Part shown: in pieces, positions 47,598 to 57,711 of the stretch
Position numbering within the stretch: the stretch's first letter is position 1
Layout of the letters: each line of letters opens with the position of its first letter
DNA from: Candidatus Babeliales bacterium
GTDB lineage: Bacteria > Babelota > Babeliae > Babelales > JACPOV01
Assembly: GCA_050250855.1 (NCBI GenBank)
Contig: JBFWNW010000002.1
Span: 32,001-96,000 of the forward strand
Reading direction: 5' to 3'
Length of the DNA: 64,000 nucleotides
Notes under the pieces: generated by a model
Seen by the model: only the letters and a program-made list of their open reading frames with translations
Database searches by the model: none
Told to the model about the DNA's origin: nothing
Made by a program: the position numbers and the translations under genes

Positions 47598-48443
47598 TTA
47601 TGGATTTCCATATTTTTTGAATATTTTTTCAACAAAAATACGGTTTGATTCTTTAGAAAGCTTTACTGCATGGTTATAATCAGCATTAAGTTTAAACGTT
47701 TTTTCTTCATTGCAACGATCAAAACCATAGCCTTCCCATAATTTTTCCCAGTTTTCTTTATACTCCAAACAACTGAGAATGGTAGGCAATGCTCCTTCAA
47801 GCCAAGCATCATTTTTTCTATAGATTTCGCACAGTTCAATAAAATCATCTTTATATACCGCTGGTATATATGCTATATCTGCATATGCATGACAGATGCA
47901 ATTATCTCCCCAGTTAGCTTTTAACATTTCCTTATAGCAATCAGGCGTTTCTTTATAAGCATTCTTTAGTGCTTCATAACCAAATTTTGTTGGCCACCAA
48001 CAATTAGTAATTGCTCTAATCCCTTTATTTAAATTAACAGCTTCTCCAATATCATATCTATGCCAATTAACGAATACATGATTAGCGGCCCATATTTTTG
48101 ATAGATCAAAACGATTATAACGCCAAACATTCATTAAGCAATCATCGTGACAGAACAAATACCCTTTATAATCAGGAAATCTTTGCATAGCATCACTAAG
48201 AGCATAATAACTAAATGCCCCTCGCTCCTCTTCAATCGCATAAACGTCAGGACACTCACTTGGTCCATAAAAAATTACTTTAGAAAAATAAGGCTCATAG
48301 ATCTTTTTTAAAAATGAGATTGCTTCATAATGAGCAAAATTAAAATTTATAATTAAAAGAACATCATCAAACATTTTTCCATAATTAGAAAAAATAATAG
48401 TAAAGACAAAAAAATAAACAATTCTTTTACTAAAAAAAACCAT
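47598..48443 (-). CDS. STELLO/DUF288-like GT-A domain protein with signal peptide
   Basis: LLIINFN, YKGYLFCHDDCLMNVW, ADIAYIP, WLEGALPT, HAVKLS. Confidence 0.65.
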   Translation of the reverse strand: MVFFSKRIVYFFVFTIIFSNYGKMFDDVLLIINFNFAHYEAISFLKKIYEPYFSKVIFYGPSECPDVYAIEEERGAFSYYALSDAMQRFPDYKGYLFCHDDCLMNVWRYNRFDLSKIWAANHVFVNWHRYDIGEAVNLNKGIRAITNCWWPTKFGYEALKNAYKETPDCYKEMLKANWGDNCICHAYADIAYIPAVYKDDFIELCEIYRKNDAWLEGALPTILSCLEYKENWEKLWEGYGFDRCNEEKTFKLNADYNHAVKLSKESNRIFVEKIFKKYGNP

Positions 48444-48455
48444 AGGTTTCCCTTT

Positions 48456-49535
48456 CTAGTGTGTTATAGTTTTATAATAGCTATAAGCCTTTTCAAGCAT
48501 AGCTATTTGCTCCGGTGTAAAAATTAACTCTCTTTTGTAATCAGGAATAGTTAATGATAACACGGTATCAATAAAATATTCTGTAGAAAATAGAAATGCC
48601 ATTTCGCTCTTCAAGTAAGCTTTAATATTTTTAATATATTGATCATATTCTTCTTTTTTCATCTTTTTCATAAATTTATATAATTCTCGATTATTTTTAA
48701 ATTTACGGCGATCAATAAAGCAACTTGGCCATACACAATCGGTAATATTTTCTGCACCCCAATAGACTGGTACACAGCCAGAAACTAAACAATCAAAAAT
48801 TTTTTCTGTAATATAGCCAGGAACATTATTACAATTTTCATAACAAATGCAAAATTTATAATTTTTTAATACTGGGCGTTTATGAGGAACCTTGCCTTTA
48901 AATGTCTTAAATTGCGATGCAGGCCAACCACCTTCACCATAAAAATCAAATTTTTTTCTCCTTTTACTTTTTTTCTCAAAAAAATTAATTACTTCTCTTC
49001 GTGCAGAATATAACTGGCCAACTCCTCCTGACATCTTATAGCTTACTATCATAGTGCACAATTTCTTTTGATCAAAAGAAGGAATATCTTTTTCTATTTC
49101 TAATGATGGTTGAGGATAAAAAAACTTTAAAGCTTTATCGTTATCAATCATTGCATCAGATAAATATAAAATTTTTTTACAATAAGGCCGATAATCAAAA
49201 CTATACATTCCTGGCGCAATCAGAGGCGGTTCAAAAACTCCAAAAATAGATTTTTCTTGCAATGTTTTCGGCAAAAGATCGACATTAGGAGTATTTAAAA
49301 AAAAAGCCCCTATACAATTATCATCATTATAATCACTAAGCTCTAAACAGCTTGGATGATAACCAAGATTTTTTATGGCTTGTGCAAAATCGTAAAACAT
49401 CTTCCATCCATTATCGCGACAAGGGTAATTAGGAATATTTAATATTTCATCAGACAAATTAAAATAAAATACTTTTTCTGTTCCAACTACAGTAAAAAAA
49501 GCTAAAAAAACTAATACTCTTATCTTATTATTCAT
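48456..49535 (-). CDS. GT10 alpha-1,3/4-fucosyltransferase-like with signal peptide
   Basis: YKFCICYEN..GYITEKIFDCLVSGCVPVYWGA (GT10 motif). Confidence 0.88.
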   Translation of the reverse strand: MNNKIRVLVFLAFFTVVGTEKVFYFNLSDEILNIPNYPCRDNGWKMFYDFAQAIKNLGYHPSCLELSDYNDDNCIGAFFLNTPNVDLLPKTLQEKSIFGVFEPPLIAPGMYSFDYRPYCKKILYLSDAMIDNDKALKFFYPQPSLEIEKDIPSFDQKKLCTMIVSYKMSGGVGQLYSARREVINFFEKKSKRRKKFDFYGEGGWPASQFKTFKGKVPHKRPVLKNYKFCICYENCNNVPGYITEKIFDCLVSGCVPVYWGAENITDCVWPSCFIDRRKFKNNRELYKFMKKMKKEEYDQYIKNIKAYLKSEMAFLFSTEYFIDTVLSLTIPDYKRELIFTPEQIAMLEKAYSYYKTITH

Positions 49536-49542
49536 ATATTTT

Positions 49543-50391
49543 CTACGCCTTCAAGTAACTATGTTGTAAATGGGGATTAAAAAAAAGAGCCGCGAGCGCA
49601 ACATTTGATACGCCATGGATAAAATGATCACACTTAGAAAGCAACTGTGTTTCAATCAAAACCTGTTCTCCCATTAATGCTCTATTTTTTACTTGTTGGT
49701 TCCATATATGTAATCCTGTATCATCAAGAGATCGATAGGAGTCATAATAGATCACCTTACCAGGTAATTTCTTTTTTAATTCATCAAGAACTCGTTGATC
49801 ATCAGTCGCTACCAAAAATTGTGCTCCCTTATGCTTAGAAGCCTCTTCTATATACTGCTTAAGAGGAATTCGCGGTGCTTCATTATGGTCTGTTCTGCGT
49901 ACATGAATACCGACCGTCTTTTTACCTTGCATATTTTTGTGATAAAAATCATCAATTTTTGCACTAATTTGAGGTTTTATATGTATATATTTTTCTATAT
50001 ATGAGTTAATAAAAGATCTATATTCATAAGAAAAATTTTGTTCATATCCAATATATCCGCAAGGTATAGCTTGACCATCTGGCGTAACATAATCTTCATG
50101 TATTACATCACCAGAATTATACTGAGCTTCTGAGACGGGATAAAAATAATATTCCCAAATATTATCACTTCCATTATAAGTTCCTGATACTTTATAATAA
50201 GCAGGAGCACGGTTCCAATGTACCACAAGATCTAGCCCTTTTTCTTCACACCATATAAGATGACTGACTACACCAAATATATTAGAAAAAAGACCTGCCC
50301 AGCGACCACCTAAAACATAATGATCTTTTGAAAAAGAGAAAAAACTAAAAAATATAATCGACATACAAAGAAAACAAGAATAATTTTTCAT
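49543..50391 (-). CDS. NodZ/GT23-like fucosyltransferase with signal peptide
   Basis: AGLFS, NIWEYYF, GIHVRRTD, LVATDD, LLSKCDHFIHGVSNV. Confidence 0.85.
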   Translation of the reverse strand: MKNYSCFLCMSIIFFSFFSFSKDHYVLGGRWAGLFSNIFGVVSHLIWCEEKGLDLVVHWNRAPAYYKVSGTYNGSDNIWEYYFYPVSEAQYNSGDVIHEDYVTPDGQAIPCGYIGYEQNFSYEYRSFINSYIEKYIHIKPQISAKIDDFYHKNMQGKKTVGIHVRRTDHNEAPRIPLKQYIEEASKHKGAQFLVATDDQRVLDELKKKLPGKVIYYDSYRSLDDTGLHIWNQQVKNRALMGEQVLIETQLLSKCDHFIHGVSNVALAALFFNPHLQHSYLKA

Positions 50392-50426
50392 TAACTATTT
50401 CCTCAACAAAAATCTGTTTTATAGCT

Positions 50427-51311
50427 CTAAGAAATAACCAAGCCTACCTTAAAATCTTCCGTCATTTTTAAATATATGCTTTTTAATAATGGATTAAAAA
50501 ACAATGCACCCAAGGAAACATTTGATACAGAGTGAATAAAACAATCGCACAAAGAAAGTAGCTTTGATTCTATAAGCACTTGCTCTCCCATAAGAGCTTT
50601 ATTATCTACTTGTGGGTTCCATATATGCAATCCTTTATTATTTGAAGAACGATACGCATCATAATAAATAACGTTTCCCTTTAGTTTTTGTTTTAAAATA
50701 TCTAACACTGATTGATCATCGGTCGCTACTAAAAACTGCACATCTTTAAAAGAATTTGCCACCTGAATATAAGCATTAAGAGGAATGCGTGGCGATTCAT
50801 AATGATCTGTTCTTCTAACGTGAATTCCTATTGTTGCTTTACCTTCCATATTTTTTTTATAAAAATCATTCATTTTTTCAAGAATAGAAGGCTTTATGTG
50901 AATATATCTTTGAATATAGGAGTTAATAAATGATCTATATTCATAAGAAAGATTTTTTTCATATAAATAATATAAACATTCAATAGCTTCTCCATCTGGT
51001 GGCGTATAATCTGCGTGCAATTCATCACCAAGTTGATAGTGAGCTTCTGAAACAGGATAAAAATAATATTCCCAAATATTATCACTGCCATTATAACCAT
51101 CACTCATCTTGTAAAAAGAAGGCTCATCTTTCCAATAAACTACTAAGTCCATTCCCTGTTTTTCACACCAAATGAGATGATTAATGACCCCAAGGATATT
51201 TGAAAATAACCCTGTCTGCCGACCTGTCAAAACATAATAATTATTACTTAAACAAGAAAATGATTGTCCTAAGAAAAAAACTCCTATAATAATTTTTACA
51301 AAAAACCGCAT
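50427..51311 (-). CDS. NodZ/GT23-like fucosyltransferase with signal peptide, tandem paralog
   Basis: TGLFS, NIWEYYF, GIHVRRTD, LVATDD, LLSLCDCFIHSVSNV. Confidence 0.85.
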   Translation of the reverse strand: MRFFVKIIIGVFFLGQSFSCLSNNYYVLTGRQTGLFSNILGVINHLIWCEKQGMDLVVYWKDEPSFYKMSDGYNGSDNIWEYYFYPVSEAHYQLGDELHADYTPPDGEAIECLYYLYEKNLSYEYRSFINSYIQRYIHIKPSILEKMNDFYKKNMEGKATIGIHVRRTDHYESPRIPLNAYIQVANSFKDVQFLVATDDQSVLDILKQKLKGNVIYYDAYRSSNNKGLHIWNPQVDNKALMGEQVLIESKLLSLCDCFIHSVSNVSLGALFFNPLLKSIYLKMTEDFKVGLVIS

Positions 51312-51314
51312 AAC

Positions 51315-52385
51315 TTATCCTATTTTTTTAAACAAAAAAGAACAATAATCCTTTGCCTTTTCAAGGTTAGTTATTTGTTCCGGGTTAAAAATAAGCTCTT
51401 TTTTATAATCAGGAACTGTTAATGACAAAACTAAATCAATAAAATATTCCATAGAAAATAAAAACGCCATTTCACTCTTTAAATATGCCTTGATATTTTC
51501 AATATATTGATCGTATTCCTCTTTTTTCATATGCTTAATGAAATTGTACAACTCTTGATTATCCTTAAATTTACGCCGATCAATAAAGCAATTTGGCCAT
51601 ACATAATCGGTAATATTTTCTGCACCCCAATAAATAGGGACACATCCTGCAACTAAACAATCAAAAATTTTTTCTGTAACATATCCTGGCGCATTGTTGC
51701 TATTTTCGTAACATATACAAAACTTGTAATTTTTGAGCACTGGTCTTTTGTGAGAAACCTTCCCTTTATAGGTTTTAAATGACGCTGGCCATTCAATACC
51801 ATATACATCAAGCTCTTGGACTCTTTGAGGATCTGAATCAAAAAAATTAACTACACTAAGACGTTGGGTAAATAATTCTCCAGGCCTTTCTATAAATTTA
51901 TAGGTTGCAATAAGTGCACATAGTTTTTTTTCATGAAAATCTGGAATATCCTCTTCAATCTCCAGTGAAGGTTGAGGATAAAAAAATTTAAATCTCGTAT
52001 TGTTATCAATCTTATTATCCAAGAGATATAAAGTTCTAAAAGGATAGAAGGTTGTTGTATAATAACCAGGAGCAATAATAGGCGGCTCCCATAATGAGAA
52101 TAAACATTTTTCAGGAATTAGATTCGGTGAAATATAATTGGGCAAATTAATAAAAAAAGCACCTGCATAATCTTTTGATCCCAGATAATCAAATTCTTTT
52201 ACCTCATAACCAAGTTTTTTTGCCGCCTGAGCTAATTCATAAAAAACTCTATAAGCAGCATCTCTTTGCGGATAAGAAGTATCAGTAAAAGTAACTTCTG
52301 GAAGATTTATATAAAAAATCCTTTGATCAGCTTCACTCAAAAAAACCTGTAATAAAAAAGTAATTCCTAATAAATAGCGCACCAT
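51315..52385 (-). CDS. GT10 alpha-1,3/4-fucosyltransferase-like with signal peptide
   Basis: YKFCICYEN..GYVTEKIFDCLVAGCVPIYWGA. Confidence 0.88.
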   Translation of the reverse strand: MVRYLLGITFLLQVFLSEADQRIFYINLPEVTFTDTSYPQRDAAYRVFYELAQAAKKLGYEVKEFDYLGSKDYAGAFFINLPNYISPNLIPEKCLFSLWEPPIIAPGYYTTTFYPFRTLYLLDNKIDNNTRFKFFYPQPSLEIEEDIPDFHEKKLCALIATYKFIERPGELFTQRLSVVNFFDSDPQRVQELDVYGIEWPASFKTYKGKVSHKRPVLKNYKFCICYENSNNAPGYVTEKIFDCLVAGCVPIYWGAENITDYVWPNCFIDRRKFKDNQELYNFIKHMKKEEYDQYIENIKAYLKSEMAFLFSMEYFIDLVLSLTVPDYKKELIFNPEQITNLEKAKDYCSFLFKKIG

Positions 52386-53857
52386 TATACTATGCCAAAA
52401 TTATACAGCTTTCTCTTTTGATATAGCTGCTGATCATACCTAAAATATTGTGCATTACGCACATATAAAGGATCGTTATGATCAGAACCATCTAAAGGGT
52501 AATTATTCTTAATAAGCTGCTCATAGAATATTTTTTCTTTACCGAGTGAACGGGCTACTTCAGCCAGTTCATTATCGCAGTAATATGATTTATATTCTGG
52601 ATAATAAATATATCCAAACCGTTTATAATACATTCTGCCTATAATAGGATAAATAACATAGTCTTTAGGATCTCTGCCATCTGAAAAATTAAGGATACCG
52701 TCAAAATCAGGAAAATGTTTCAACATTTGACGCACTATAACTACATCATAGTTTTTTACGATAGGTTCAAGATCATCACTTACTACTAAAATAACGTCAA
52801 ACTTATCAATAAAATCATCGATATCTTTATTGTATGCTTCAATTTTTGAACTACTATTGCCAAAGCGATAAGAAAGATTTGGCAAACTATCAAGAATACT
52901 TATTACCTTGGCATTATTCATAGTTGGATCATCTTGATCGCACGTAATTAAAAAATGGTAGGGAATGGTTCCTGATAACATCTCATAGTACTTTTTTAAA
53001 TATTGGAAAAATTGTACCGGACGATAACGCGTTGGAATTTTTATAAGTAGACGAACTAACTGCTCTCTTGACTGCTTGCAAGCATGAAATGCTATAGTAT
53101 CTATATCTTTTTTATATGCACTATAGGGCCTTGGAGGTAAACAATCAACATAAGTACCTTCTTCAATACGGCCCACATCATAGCGCCAATTAATTTTATC
53201 TATTCTCGTGCGTGGTGAAACTACATCAGTTTTGCCCAATCGTATACAGCGACTCTCATAACCATCCCACGCAAGTACCGTTTTATATAACATTTTTTGA
53301 TCAGTGGTCCATCCAATTGCAGTATCATGCCATTCTTTAATCTTTTGAGGGATATCCTCTTTTGTGAAAATCTTAAAAATTTCTGCAAAAATTTTACCTT
53401 TACCTGCAACATAGCACATAGGAATTTCTTTGAATTGTCGTTCAAACTCTTCGCTATCTCGATAAACAACAAAAACATCATCAGCTAAATCTTTAATACG
53501 CTCGGTAAAATAATCTCGAGAAAGAGGTAATAAGTCTATATCAGAAACTATGCAACAATCATTGGGAAATAACAAGGGCAAAAATAAGCGAATACATTGA
53601 GCATATAATGACGTTGGTATGCCTGGAATAGGCTCAAAGCGAATAATGTCACCTAATGATTCATCTATTTCTACACTTTTATCTGCAATTAAAGCTAACG
53701 TTGGCCTTATACCAACTACTTCTTTCCACATCTTGGCAACCAGCGGCCAGTATTCTATATAATTGGGATTTGCATCAGTAGACAAAATAACACGATCAAG
53801 CGTTAAAGCTTCTGCTTTAAAAATACATAAAAAAAGTACTACGTATATTCTTCTCAT
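52385..53857 (-). CDS. Two-domain putative glycosyltransferase with signal peptide
   Basis: N-domain IRLF..VSDIDLLP (DxD), PMCY, WTTDQ; C-domain LLIKIPTR.RP, VSDDL, YYCDNE; leader MRRIYVVLFLCIFKAEA. Confidence 0.7.
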   Translation of the reverse strand: MRRIYVVLFLCIFKAEALTLDRVILSTDANPNYIEYWPLVAKMWKEVVGIRPTLALIADKSVEIDESLGDIIRFEPIPGIPTSLYAQCIRLFLPLLFPNDCCIVSDIDLLPLSRDYFTERIKDLADDVFVVYRDSEEFERQFKEIPMCYVAGKGKIFAEIFKIFTKEDIPQKIKEWHDTAIGWTTDQKMLYKTVLAWDGYESRCIRLGKTDVVSPRTRIDKINWRYDVGRIEEGTYVDCLPPRPYSAYKKDIDTIAFHACKQSREQLVRLLIKIPTRYRPVQFFQYLKKYYEMLSGTIPYHFLITCDQDDPTMNNAKVISILDSLPNLSYRFGNSSSKIEAYNKDIDDFIDKFDVILVVSDDLEPIVKNYDVVIVRQMLKHFPDFDGILNFSDGRDPKDYVIYPIIGRMYYKRFGYIYYPEYKSYYCDNELAEVARSLGKEKIFYEQLIKNNYPLDGSDHNDPLYVRNAQYFRYDQQLYQKRKLYNFGIV

Positions 53858-53867
53858 AGCTATCTCT

Positions 53868-55229
53868 TTATTCAGTACATGAAATTAAACAAATATCTTC
53901 TTTGTCTTTGGATAAATCATAAGATTGTATAGTTGAAAGTGATAATACAGTATTTCTTTTTACTATCATGCCACATGAATCTGCAGGAGACATAAATTTT
54001 ACTTGTGAAATAGCTAAACCATCCCATAGATATGAAGCATTTTGCTGAGAAGAAAAATCTTTTTTGGATAGTATACAGAAATTTGATTTTGTATCATGCA
54101 TAGCTTCTGCACAAATTTCTCTATTTTTTAATGTTTCTAAAGCTTTAACGTCTGTAATAACACAATAATAATCATAATTAACATCTTTTAACCAAAAATC
54201 AGGTGATGCATCCTGCGATGGGTTAATAACAAACGTATAATGAGAGTAAAGAGAAGCTAATTGTTCATAATCATTTTTATGAGATAAGTCTCCACAGCAA
54301 ATAACGTTTAGATTTTCATTTTTATATAAACCTTTAAATGCGCTTAATGTCTCTGCAAGTGTATTTGGATCATTAGCATAGATCAAAAAAGGAATAGATT
54401 TTTTTTGATACGATTCTCGATAAGGTCTTTGTTCAAGGGGTTTGTATGCCGACCGGCTGCTAATAACCTTTCTTAAAAATTGTTGCTTTTCCCAGTTAGT
54501 TGCACCATCTGCAATTGGATTATCTTCATTGTAGCGATATAAAATGTTTGGGTTAAATTTGTAATGATTAATTGCCATCTCTATAATTGGATACACCCAA
54601 GAAACGTCCTGTGCCATAGAGAAAAACATACCTTCATGTAGTAAATCTTTAAGAGCAACTTCTCTAAAAAGCCATGCATACATGCAACGAGGAGGACTAA
54701 AATACCAATTTTGACGAATAAGATTACGCTGCTTTACCATAGGAGGAATATCACCAGACCATGGTGCATAACCGTTTCTTGTTCCCCAAAAATTACCGTA
54801 GGTAAACCAAATAGATTCATCACTAAACTGTTCATTGATTGATGATAAAACATCTTTTGTAGTAAAGGTATCATCGCCATCCAAAATTACTGCAATTTCA
54901 TGAGGTTTGCAGAATTTATAAAAGGCATACACAATATTTCTGAGCGCAAGACCACGAATTTCATTTTTAATAAGAGTAACGCGATGATGTATATCATACT
55001 GATCAATAAAAGCCTTTGCATTTGCATAAGTATTATCAGGAGAACAATCATCTATATAAACAACGCGAAATTTTTCATAATCCTGCATAAGAACTGATGC
55101 TAAATTTTCATTGCATACATCTTGATTTTTATAAGAAGGAATAATAACAACAATATCATGCTGATATGCTGCTGCTATAGTATATACTCCCCCTACAAAA
55201 ATTAATCCAAAAAATAGTTTTAAATTCAT
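53868..55229 (-). CDS. GT2 glycosyltransferase with signal peptide and decayed second domain
   Basis: VIIPSYKN, IDDCSPDNT, LDGDD; start 55229 (ATGA overlap, AAGGA SD). Confidence 0.85.
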   Translation of the reverse strand: MNLKLFFGLIFVGGVYTIAAAYQHDIVVIIPSYKNQDVCNENLASVLMQDYEKFRVVYIDDCSPDNTYANAKAFIDQYDIHHRVTLIKNEIRGLALRNIVYAFYKFCKPHEIAVILDGDDTFTTKDVLSSINEQFSDESIWFTYGNFWGTRNGYAPWSGDIPPMVKQRNLIRQNWYFSPPRCMYAWLFREVALKDLLHEGMFFSMAQDVSWVYPIIEMAINHYKFNPNILYRYNEDNPIADGATNWEKQQFLRKVISSRSAYKPLEQRPYRESYQKKSIPFLIYANDPNTLAETLSAFKGLYKNENLNVICCGDLSHKNDYEQLASLYSHYTFVINPSQDASPDFWLKDVNYDYYCVITDVKALETLKNREICAEAMHDTKSNFCILSKKDFSSQQNASYLWDGLAISQVKFMSPADSCGMIVKRNTVLSLSTIQSYDLSKDKEDICLISCTE

Positions 55230-56167
55230 ACACACTTCCTTATTTGCTTTAAGTACCATTGAAAATTTTTAATATCATTTCTTGAACTATAAATATGGGT
55301 ATTTTCATTAACAAAATCACCTTGCCAGGTAATATAAAAAGGAATTGAAACCTGATTATAATCCAAAAGCATAGGAACTTTCTGCGTATAGTCTTGTTTA
55401 TGAATGCAAAGATCTTTTAAATAGGCTAAAATTCCCAACAACGCTTGTTCATAGCGAGCACAACCAAACCCTTCAGGAGCTGTCCCATCATCAATAAAAT
55501 TTCTTAAATCTTTGCTCATGTTATATAAGGGAGTAATAAAAAGATCTTGTGCTTTTTGCGCTACACCAATAACACCAGCCATAACTGCCTCTTGTGAAAG
55601 TATCCATTGATACTCGGGAGCATCAAGATTAAATTTATTTCTTACATAACGCGTTGTCTGCCATGCAATGGGATGTCTAAATTTACCATTATCACGCTCA
55701 TTACCAATAGTAGCTAAAAAATATCCTTTGTGCTGTATATATTCAAATAAATCATCAAGAGGACGCAATACCGTTGAGCCTGCATCTATCCATAGAACAT
55801 AGGGAAATCTTTCTAAAGCCTGTTTTATAACAACAGGTTTCCATGCAAACCATCCAGGAACCATTCTTCCTGCCTTATTAATTACTACCTGCCTGAGTAA
55901 GTCAGGATGCGTTAATTCAACATTATAAACTGCTATATTTTGAATAGTTTTAAGAAAAGAAATTTGTTGTTCTTCAAGGCCTAAATCAAAAACAGCAATT
56001 TCGTTAATATTGTCATAATTTGTAGCATGTAATGATCCAATTAAATTTAAAAGCTTAGAAAAATATTTTGCATCACATGCAGTACAATAATACTGAGGAA
56101 TAGCTTGTAGAAAAGCCATTCCTCCTAATAAAGCTAACCATACATAAAGAGTCTTTCTTTTTATCAT
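55226..56167 (-). CDS. DUF1647-like putative GT-A glycosyltransferase with signal peptide
   Basis: LLNLIGSLH, VFDLGL, FAWKPVVI, VLWIDAG, RYEQA. Confidence 0.65.
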   Translation of the reverse strand: MIKRKTLYVWLALLGGMAFLQAIPQYYCTACDAKYFSKLLNLIGSLHATNYDNINEIAVFDLGLEEQQISFLKTIQNIAVYNVELTHPDLLRQVVINKAGRMVPGWFAWKPVVIKQALERFPYVLWIDAGSTVLRPLDDLFEYIQHKGYFLATIGNERDNGKFRHPIAWQTTRYVRNKFNLDAPEYQWILSQEAVMAGVIGVAQKAQDLFITPLYNMSKDLRNFIDDGTAPEGFGCARYEQALLGILAYLKDLCIHKQDYTQKVPMLLDYNQVSIPFYITWQGDFVNENTHIYSSRNDIKNFQWYLKQIRKCV

Positions 56168-56173
56168 TACTCT

Positions 56174-56764
56174 TTACTCAAAAAATGTACGAATATCTAT
56201 AGTATCACTGACAATCGTTGTCTGAATTGCATAACGCAAATAAGTATAACGATATTTGAAAGTTGCAAGAACTGGTTCATACCCATATGCAGGTTCTTCT
56301 GTATCATGTACAACAAAAATATCTGCATTATGGCGCAAACGCTCAATATCAACTCTTCGTCTATCACCAGGACGATGATCAACAAAAACCACTGACCAAT
56401 AGCGATCTGTTCCTACAGCATCCCATAATTCTGGCTTTGGATTCTTTGCCCAATCATCTTCAAAAACAGGAATATAGCTAAAATGATGCCAATCTCGTGC
56501 CAAATCTATAAATAAAGAAAGCCATCTTTTATCAGTATCTGTTGTAAGAAGAAACCGTTTTGTTACTGAACAAACAGCATGCAAAAGTGGCGTACTATAA
56601 TCCCCAGATCCAAGTTCTAAAATAGGCCCTTTAGTATTTGCCACGACCGTCATAAGAGGAGCCATGTGAGTCCCATAATTGCCATCACCAAGACGTCTAT
56701 TCGCTTCTATAAACTGGCCATTTAAACTCAATAAAATTATGAATAAAAATAATTTTTTTTGCAT
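56174..56764 (-). CDS. SAM-dependent methyltransferase-like protein with signal peptide
   Basis: ILELGSGDYST, VFVDH, VVHDT; start 56764 (AAGAGG SD), leader MQKKLFLFIILLSL. Confidence 0.7.
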   Translation of the reverse strand: MQKKLFLFIILLSLNGQFIEANRRLGDGNYGTHMAPLMTVVANTKGPILELGSGDYSTPLLHAVCSVTKRFLLTTDTDKRWLSLFIDLARDWHHFSYIPVFEDDWAKNPKPELWDAVGTDRYWSVVFVDHRPGDRRRVDIERLRHNADIFVVHDTEEPAYGYEPVLATFKYRYTYLRYAIQTTIVSDTIDIRTFFE

Positions 56765-56777
56765 ACTATTCCCTCTT

Positions 56778-57698
56778 TTAAAAAGACCAATCAATATCCC
56801 AAATATCTAAATCTTTAAAGTAACCTTTTCCATACTGTTCAAACCATGCCAATACCTGTTTTTTCCTCCATAAAATTGGTTTATCCCATACAGAAAAATC
56901 AAGAAATTCATAACCTTTAAACCAATATACTGGAGATGGTTGCGTTCTTAATCCTCGCTCATCTTTTGAAGGGAAATAACGCACATTAATTTCCTGGCAA
57001 GATTTTTCTGGTTGCCTGATACGCTCAAGACAGCGATACCACGCTTGTTTTTCTAATAAGTTTTGCCAATTAACAAACTGAAAATGCAAAAGGCCATATT
57101 CATAACCCTGTAAACGGAATCTTTTTCCTTGCACGGGAAAACTACGATTATGCAAAAAGTATGAAGGAAAATTTGAAACACCATCATCGCAAAAAATAAC
57201 AGGTTTATAATCATTGGTCCATTTTGAGTCATCAAAACGATAGCGATCTATTGTTCTCCAGAGTTGAATCCAACAAACCTCCATACTTTCTCCTGGCTGC
57301 AAAGAAAGAATAAGTTTGCGTAAAAAATTATTATCTGAACAGTTTGCAGTAAACATTTCATCCGCATCAATTAAAACAAAATGAGTACCACCAAGTGCTC
57401 TGCCAGCATCTAATAATTTCTGCTTGTTATCACTTTCTTTGCCAACTTGCCAGCCAGATTGTTCATTGCGCAAAATGACAAATTCTTTGCCAAGCTTTTT
57501 ACAACATGATTCAACCAGAATTTTAGTGCTATCTTCAGAATTATCATCAAGCGTAACAAATGCATCAACATAAAAAGACAATGCTTGTAAACATTGCTCA
57601 ATACATTGCTCTTCATTTCTTACTTGCATAAGACTTACTATTTTAGGTGAAGCAGTTAAAGATAAAAAAGTCCCTAACAATAATAATAATTTAAACAT
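56778..57698 (-). CDS. GT2-like glycosyltransferase with signal peptide
   Basis: VRNEE, LDDNSED, LIDADE, LLHF; start 57698 (AAGGAG SD). Confidence 0.85.
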   Translation of the reverse strand: MFKLLLLLGTFLSLTASPKIVSLMQVRNEEQCIEQCLQALSFYVDAFVTLDDNSEDSTKILVESCCKKLGKEFVILRNEQSGWQVGKESDNKQKLLDAGRALGGTHFVLIDADEMFTANCSDNNFLRKLILSLQPGESMEVCWIQLWRTIDRYRFDDSKWTNDYKPVIFCDDGVSNFPSYFLHNRSFPVQGKRFRLQGYEYGLLHFQFVNWQNLLEKQAWYRCLERIRQPEKSCQEINVRYFPSKDERGLRTQPSPVYWFKGYEFLDFSVWDKPILWRKKQVLAWFEQYGKGYFKDLDIWDIDWSF

Positions 57699-57711
57699 AT
57701 TCAGCACTCCT

